The notes beneath the pieces are model-generated. The model was not told the origin of the DNA and ran no database searches. It worked only from the letters and a program-made list of their open reading frames with translations. The translations under genes were made by a program, and so were the position numbers. This document shows positions 58,285 to 64,000 of a stretch of 64,000 nucleotides of DNA, in pieces. Positions within the stretch are counted from its first letter, which is position 1. The number at the start of each line of letters is the position of its first letter. The stretch is from the human T2T-CHM13v2.0 reference genome, Homo sapiens: assembly GCF_009914755.1 (NCBI RefSeq), contig NC_060938.1; one strand, 5' to 3'.

Positions 58285-58570
58285 CAGAACACTTGGGAGG
58301 TGACCAGGTCTTGGGGGCCGAGCCCTTATTAATGGGATTAGTGCCTTTATAAAATAAGCTCAATGGAGTTCTTGTGTGTCTTCCACTATGTGAGGACATA
58401 GAAAGAAGGCACCATCTATGAACCATGAAATGGGCTCTCATCAACACTGAATTTGTGAGCATCTTGACCTGAGATCTTACAGCCTCAAGAAGTGTGAAAA
58501 AAGAAATATCTGTTGTTTTTTAGTCGCCCGGTTTATGTTATTTTGTTATAAGAGTCCAAATAGACCAAGA
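58285..58570 (+). mobile_element. MaLR LTR fragment (MLT1A/MST-like)
   Basis: gagcccttattaatgggattagtgcctttataaaa...tgtgaggaca...ttttgttata. Confidence 0.75.
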
Positions 58571-58779
58571 TATTCCACTTAATATGTAGGGGAAGGCAAC
58601 AAAAACTGCCACACTTAGAATACTCCCGATGCTGGGAGTATGAAAACAGGAAAAACAAAACTGCTCTTGAAGTGAAGGAGGAATATCACTGAGTTCACCA
58701 ACACAGCCAGGAAAAGAACAGAAGTGTGAGAAGGCTACATTCCTGAGACCTTGAGAAAAAGTACCTGCATAAGACTGAG

Positions 58780-59445
58780 ATGAAATTACCTACTCTAGTT
58801 ATGATTGAAATCCCAAAAAGAAAAGAGGAAAAAATAATGGAGCCAAAGAAATATTTTTCAAAACAACTGCCAAAAATATTCTAAAAGAAGTGACAGAAAA
58901 TCAAACTTCAGATATAGGAAACTCAGAGAATGTCAAATAGAACAAAAATAAATAAGAATTACATCTTGAAAACTCTTTAAAAATCAAGTCTAAATTTTAT
59001 ACCGTGCTCCAAATATATAGAGATATAAATAGGTTATCATCAAGGTATGGAGAATGCCATATCATGGAAACACTAAAATAAAGCTGTGGATGGACTACGT
59101 TGATATTAGACACAACAGAGTTCAGAACAAGAAATAGTATCAGAGATGAGAGATAATAGATAATATAATCATCAATTCTCAAGAAGATGTAAACCTCCTA
59201 CTAATTAGGGTATGCAGCTAACAACAGAACCTCCAAATACATGAGGAAAAACATGAAAGAAATCAAAGGTGAACTAGAAAAATCCAAAATTATATTTGCA
59301 GACTTCAACACTTTTGTCTTAGTAATGGAAAGACTAGGCACAAACTCAGTAAACATGTGGAAGATAAGAACAACAATATCACCAACAAGACATCCAATCT
59401 GCAATGACAGATACTCTTTCCTTTCAAGTGAAAAAAAAAAACAGT
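58780..59445 (+). mobile_element. Very old L1M ORF1/endonuclease fragment
   Basis: Translation MKEIKGELEKSKIIFADFNT resembles the endonuclease GDFNT region. Confidence 0.6.
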
Positions 59446-59486
59446 TTGGCATATTCTCTAACAAACCCAGAATTTCTAATATTTGC

Positions 59487-60112
59487 CGTCTTCCTTCCTT
59501 CTTTCCATCTTCCTTTCTCTTCTCTTCCCTTCCCTTGCCTTCTTCCTTCCTTTCTTCTTTTCCTCTTCCTTTTATTTTCTTTTTTCTTTTCCTTTCTTTT
59601 CTTTCTTTTTTTTCTTCCTTCCTTCTTTCCTTCTTTCTTTCTTTACCTTATTCTTCCTTCCCTCGTCCCTCCCTTCCTTTCTCCCTCCCTTTTCTTCCTT
59701 CTTTTCTAGTATTATTTCTTTCTTTCTCACGTTCTTGCTTTCTTTCCTTTTTTCTCCCTTCCTCCCGCCCTCCTTTTCTTCCTTCCTCCCTCCTTCCTTT
59801 CCTCTTTTTCCTTCCTTCCCCTCTTTATTTTCTTTGTTTCTTTGCCTTCCTCCCTTTTACGATTCTCTCTTCCTCCTTTCCTTCCTCCCTTCCTCCTTTC
59901 TTTCTTTCTCTTTCCCTTTCTTTCTTTCTTTCATTCTTTCTTGTGTTCATGCTTTTTTTTTCTCCCTTCCTGCCTTTCTCCCTTCCTCCCTCCCTCCCTC
60001 CTTTCCTTCCTTCTCTCATTTCCTCCTTCTTTTCTTTCGTCTTTATTTCCTTCCTTCCTTCCTTATTTCCTTCCTTCTTTTTCTTTGTTTTCTTTTCTTT
60101 CTTTCTCTTTAC
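59487..60112. repeat. CT-rich polypyrimidine low-complexity array (CTTC/CTTT/CCCT mix)
   Basis: About 620 bp of nearly pure C/T on the + strand. Confidence 0.95.
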
Positions 60113-60199
60113 TACAATTCATATTATTCTAAAACAATTAAGAGAGGGAGGCAGAAAAATAAAGAACGCTTTAATCTGCAGGTAAATAGATTATGTCTG

Positions 60200-61010
<811 letters not shown>

Positions 61011-62000
61011 AAGTTTATATTGTAATTGTATCATGAAAATGAGAACCATAATTTACAACTGCTTTTAATACTGCATTTGGATGTTTGAAATCACGTACAT
61101 GGAAATGATCTCTATGTGCATGAGGGAGGATAGCAAATTGATGCCAAAATAATGCAAATGCAAATCTTACACTCATTTCGATGTAGGTTTCATTTAATCT
61201 TTGAAATTAAAATGAAATTCAGATTGTGATATTTTGATGAAATTAGACTAAAATGAACAATAACAAGATAATAACTTACTTATATTCTTTATATGGTCAA
61301 TAAAGAAGTGATAGTGGAAAAAAACAAGATCAAATGAAGGTGATGATTTAGGAAGTTGGAAAGATAGCTGAAACTACAAAATGGTATATAACCAGTGAAC
61401 ACTTAGATACACTGATTGATGAACTTCAGCTTTTGACTTGGTGAAAGCATAAAATGAGAGCAGCTGAGGTTTGCAAATTTGTAATCTCCTTGTGGAAAAA
61501 CAGGGGAAAACACATCTCAGCCTAATAAGATTTATCTACTAAAGAGTCTAGACTTGATCCATTTGTCCTTGGAATTCAAAAGCTAATTCAAATACTGATT
61601 TGATGCATTGTGTGAACAACCATTGCTGATTATCATCGCATACCTCGCAATCTCTTTTATCTGATATCTGAAATATTTGGTAATTCCTGGACTTTCTCTT
61701 TTCAAACCCAGTACGATTTAATTTCAATCTTAGAACAGTTGTCTTTGAGAAATTCTTCCCTCTACTGCATCTGTGAATGGGCATAGCATGGTTACATACA
61801 TACTGTCACTCCATAGAACATTTGCTAAATTAAAGCCAAAGTTTAAAGCAAGAGCTTTAACTTACTGGTTTTACTAATGTTTTCCTCCCCAATAGCCACA
61901 ACAATATTGATACCCTCACACTTTTTAACATAAAGCTTGGTGTTGTCTATTTTTCAGGTGCTGTCATCTATATGATCTCAGTATTTTAAAAATCAGCTTC

Positions 62001-62305
<305 letters not shown>

Positions 62306-63892
62306 AAAAATCAGCTCTCATTGATTTCTATGTAAATATGCACAGGTGATGTCCATATAGACATAAATAATAATATTTCTGACAATGGGTCCATATGATC
62401 TTCAAAATGTAAAATGCCTATCTGTGTAATTGACTGGTTAGTCTCATTAATGAATGTAGATTCAATTCTACTTTCTTGTTCTAGGTAAATTATATAATCT
62501 AGCTTTTCATTTCACTTATTTACTGATAACAACAGGAAGAATGACAAGATACCTATTTTGGAAAATTACTCTGGTAGGAGTAAAGACGAAACAATGATAG
62601 AATTGCACGGAAAACTAGAAAAAAGTATGGTCTTCTGATGTTCTATCACATCACATACTAAAGGCCTCATAAGACTCAGATATTTTATCTAAAAATGTTA
62701 TTTTCATCTTAGGAATGATCAAAGCATGAGACTACAATTGTATTAAAATGTGCTTGTATCACAAGCACATGTGCTAAAAAGGAGGGGAAAACATCACTAC
62801 TGATATTTTAAACGTATGTTTTACTTTTCATCAACATGAACCTCAACTTGATATTATGCAGATTGAAGGAAATCACCCATAATTCCATATGAAGAAGGCC
62901 TGTGATATTTTATGGGAAAATAAATAGAGAAAATGCTAACAGCAACCCTATTAAGCATGAAGCTTTATGGAGCAAACACAAATCCAGTGGTGAAAGATAC
63001 ACATTCGAGTTCTGTTTGTTGTCTTGGAACAATACAGTTTAGAGGTGACTGGCGGGTGAGGAGAACATATGCGAGTTCACCAAAGAGAAAAGCTGAATGA
63101 GGCAATGCCTCTTCCTGACCATATCTCTTACTCAGATAACTATATAATTTATTGCCCAGTAAAGGGTCTATTAAAAAAATCATATTAAAAGTCATGCAGT
63201 GAAGTTGTCCAGGGAATTCAAGACTTAACAGTCTCACTCTGACAATAATGAATAGGGGGGTTCCCTCAAGATAGACTAGGACATGACCCCACACTGGCAG
63301 GTAGTAGTAACAGAAAAGAACCCATGGAAAATCTTTACCTTATGCTTGAGGTAAGGACCAGGCTAAAGTGAAAGCCAGACATAAAATTCTATCTAAAATA
63401 AATCCACAATCGAAGAAAATATGTGGTGTACAGGCATAAAATGTCTTTACTGGATCATTGAAATAGTAAGATAAATTCAACTTTTTACATTGTTTTCTTT
63501 TCCTCCAGTTAGGGCTCGAGGTTTGTCTCTGGAGAGTGACTGTCAATTGGAGCCCTGCCTTTCTGGGGTTCTGGTCAGGGCATTGTGGATGCTTAACATG
63601 TGCCTTTCACAGGACACTTCCTTACCCCAGCAGTGGCCAGGTGTGCATACCACGACCAGGCCTCCCTCTCACAGAATATCTGTTGAGACTAGGAGATGCC
63701 TGGTGACTGTTGCCTGACCTGTGTCCTGTGTATTTCTGACAAGAGCCACTCTCAGAGACCCTGGCCAGGTGGAGAGTGAGGTTCCAGTGTAGGTCAGCTC
63801 AGACCCATGGAGGCCACAGAACAAAGCATGGGAAATCACAGAAGTAGGTTTATTACTCACAGATCAAGAGAGAAAAGGGTAGCTGAGAAGAG

Positions 63893-64000
63893 GGTTTAGC
63901 TGTGTCCCCAGCCAAATCTCATTTTGAATTCCCACATGTTGTGGGAGGGAACAGGTGGGAGGTAATTGAATCATGGGGGCAGGTCTTTCCCATGCTGTTC
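63893..64000 (+). mobile_element. Start of a THE1/MST LTR, running off the window
   Basis: gtttagctgtgtcccca...aaatctcattttgaattcccacatgttgtgggaggga...gaatcatggggg. Confidence 0.85.

Overview
Primate (human-like), AT-rich, repeat-dense genomic DNA. I found no intact protein-coding gene, rRNA, tRNA or CRISPR array. Bases 1 to about 44.5 kb look like ordinary intergenic or intronic sequence. They carry L1PA/L1PB/L1M pieces, L2, MIR, Alu, MaLR and ERVL LTRs, DNA-transposon fossils, and the 5' ~60% of a processed RPSA pseudogene on the minus strand (40402-40998). From about 42.8 kb comes a cluster of unusual elements: an MLT2A LTR with two DUX4-type motifs, a 1-kb TA/TG minisatellite, a short L1 3' end with no target-site duplication (TSD), and a 1.1-kb CpG-rich (GGGGGCAAAAAGCCGCGGCGGC)-type array at 48.78-49.88 kb. 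That array belongs to the GCTTTTTGC/CAAAAAGC repeat class known from hominoid pericentromeric segmental duplications, so the right third of the window is probably a pericentromeric duplicon (inference). Almost all long ORFs in the track derive from L1 or are by-products of simple repeats. Repeat subfamily names come from recalled consensus motifs and need RepeatMasker confirmation. I cannot support a claim of a new biological system. The best candidates for follow-up are the GC-rich array (its structure and a 370-aa basic ORF) and the junction region around it.
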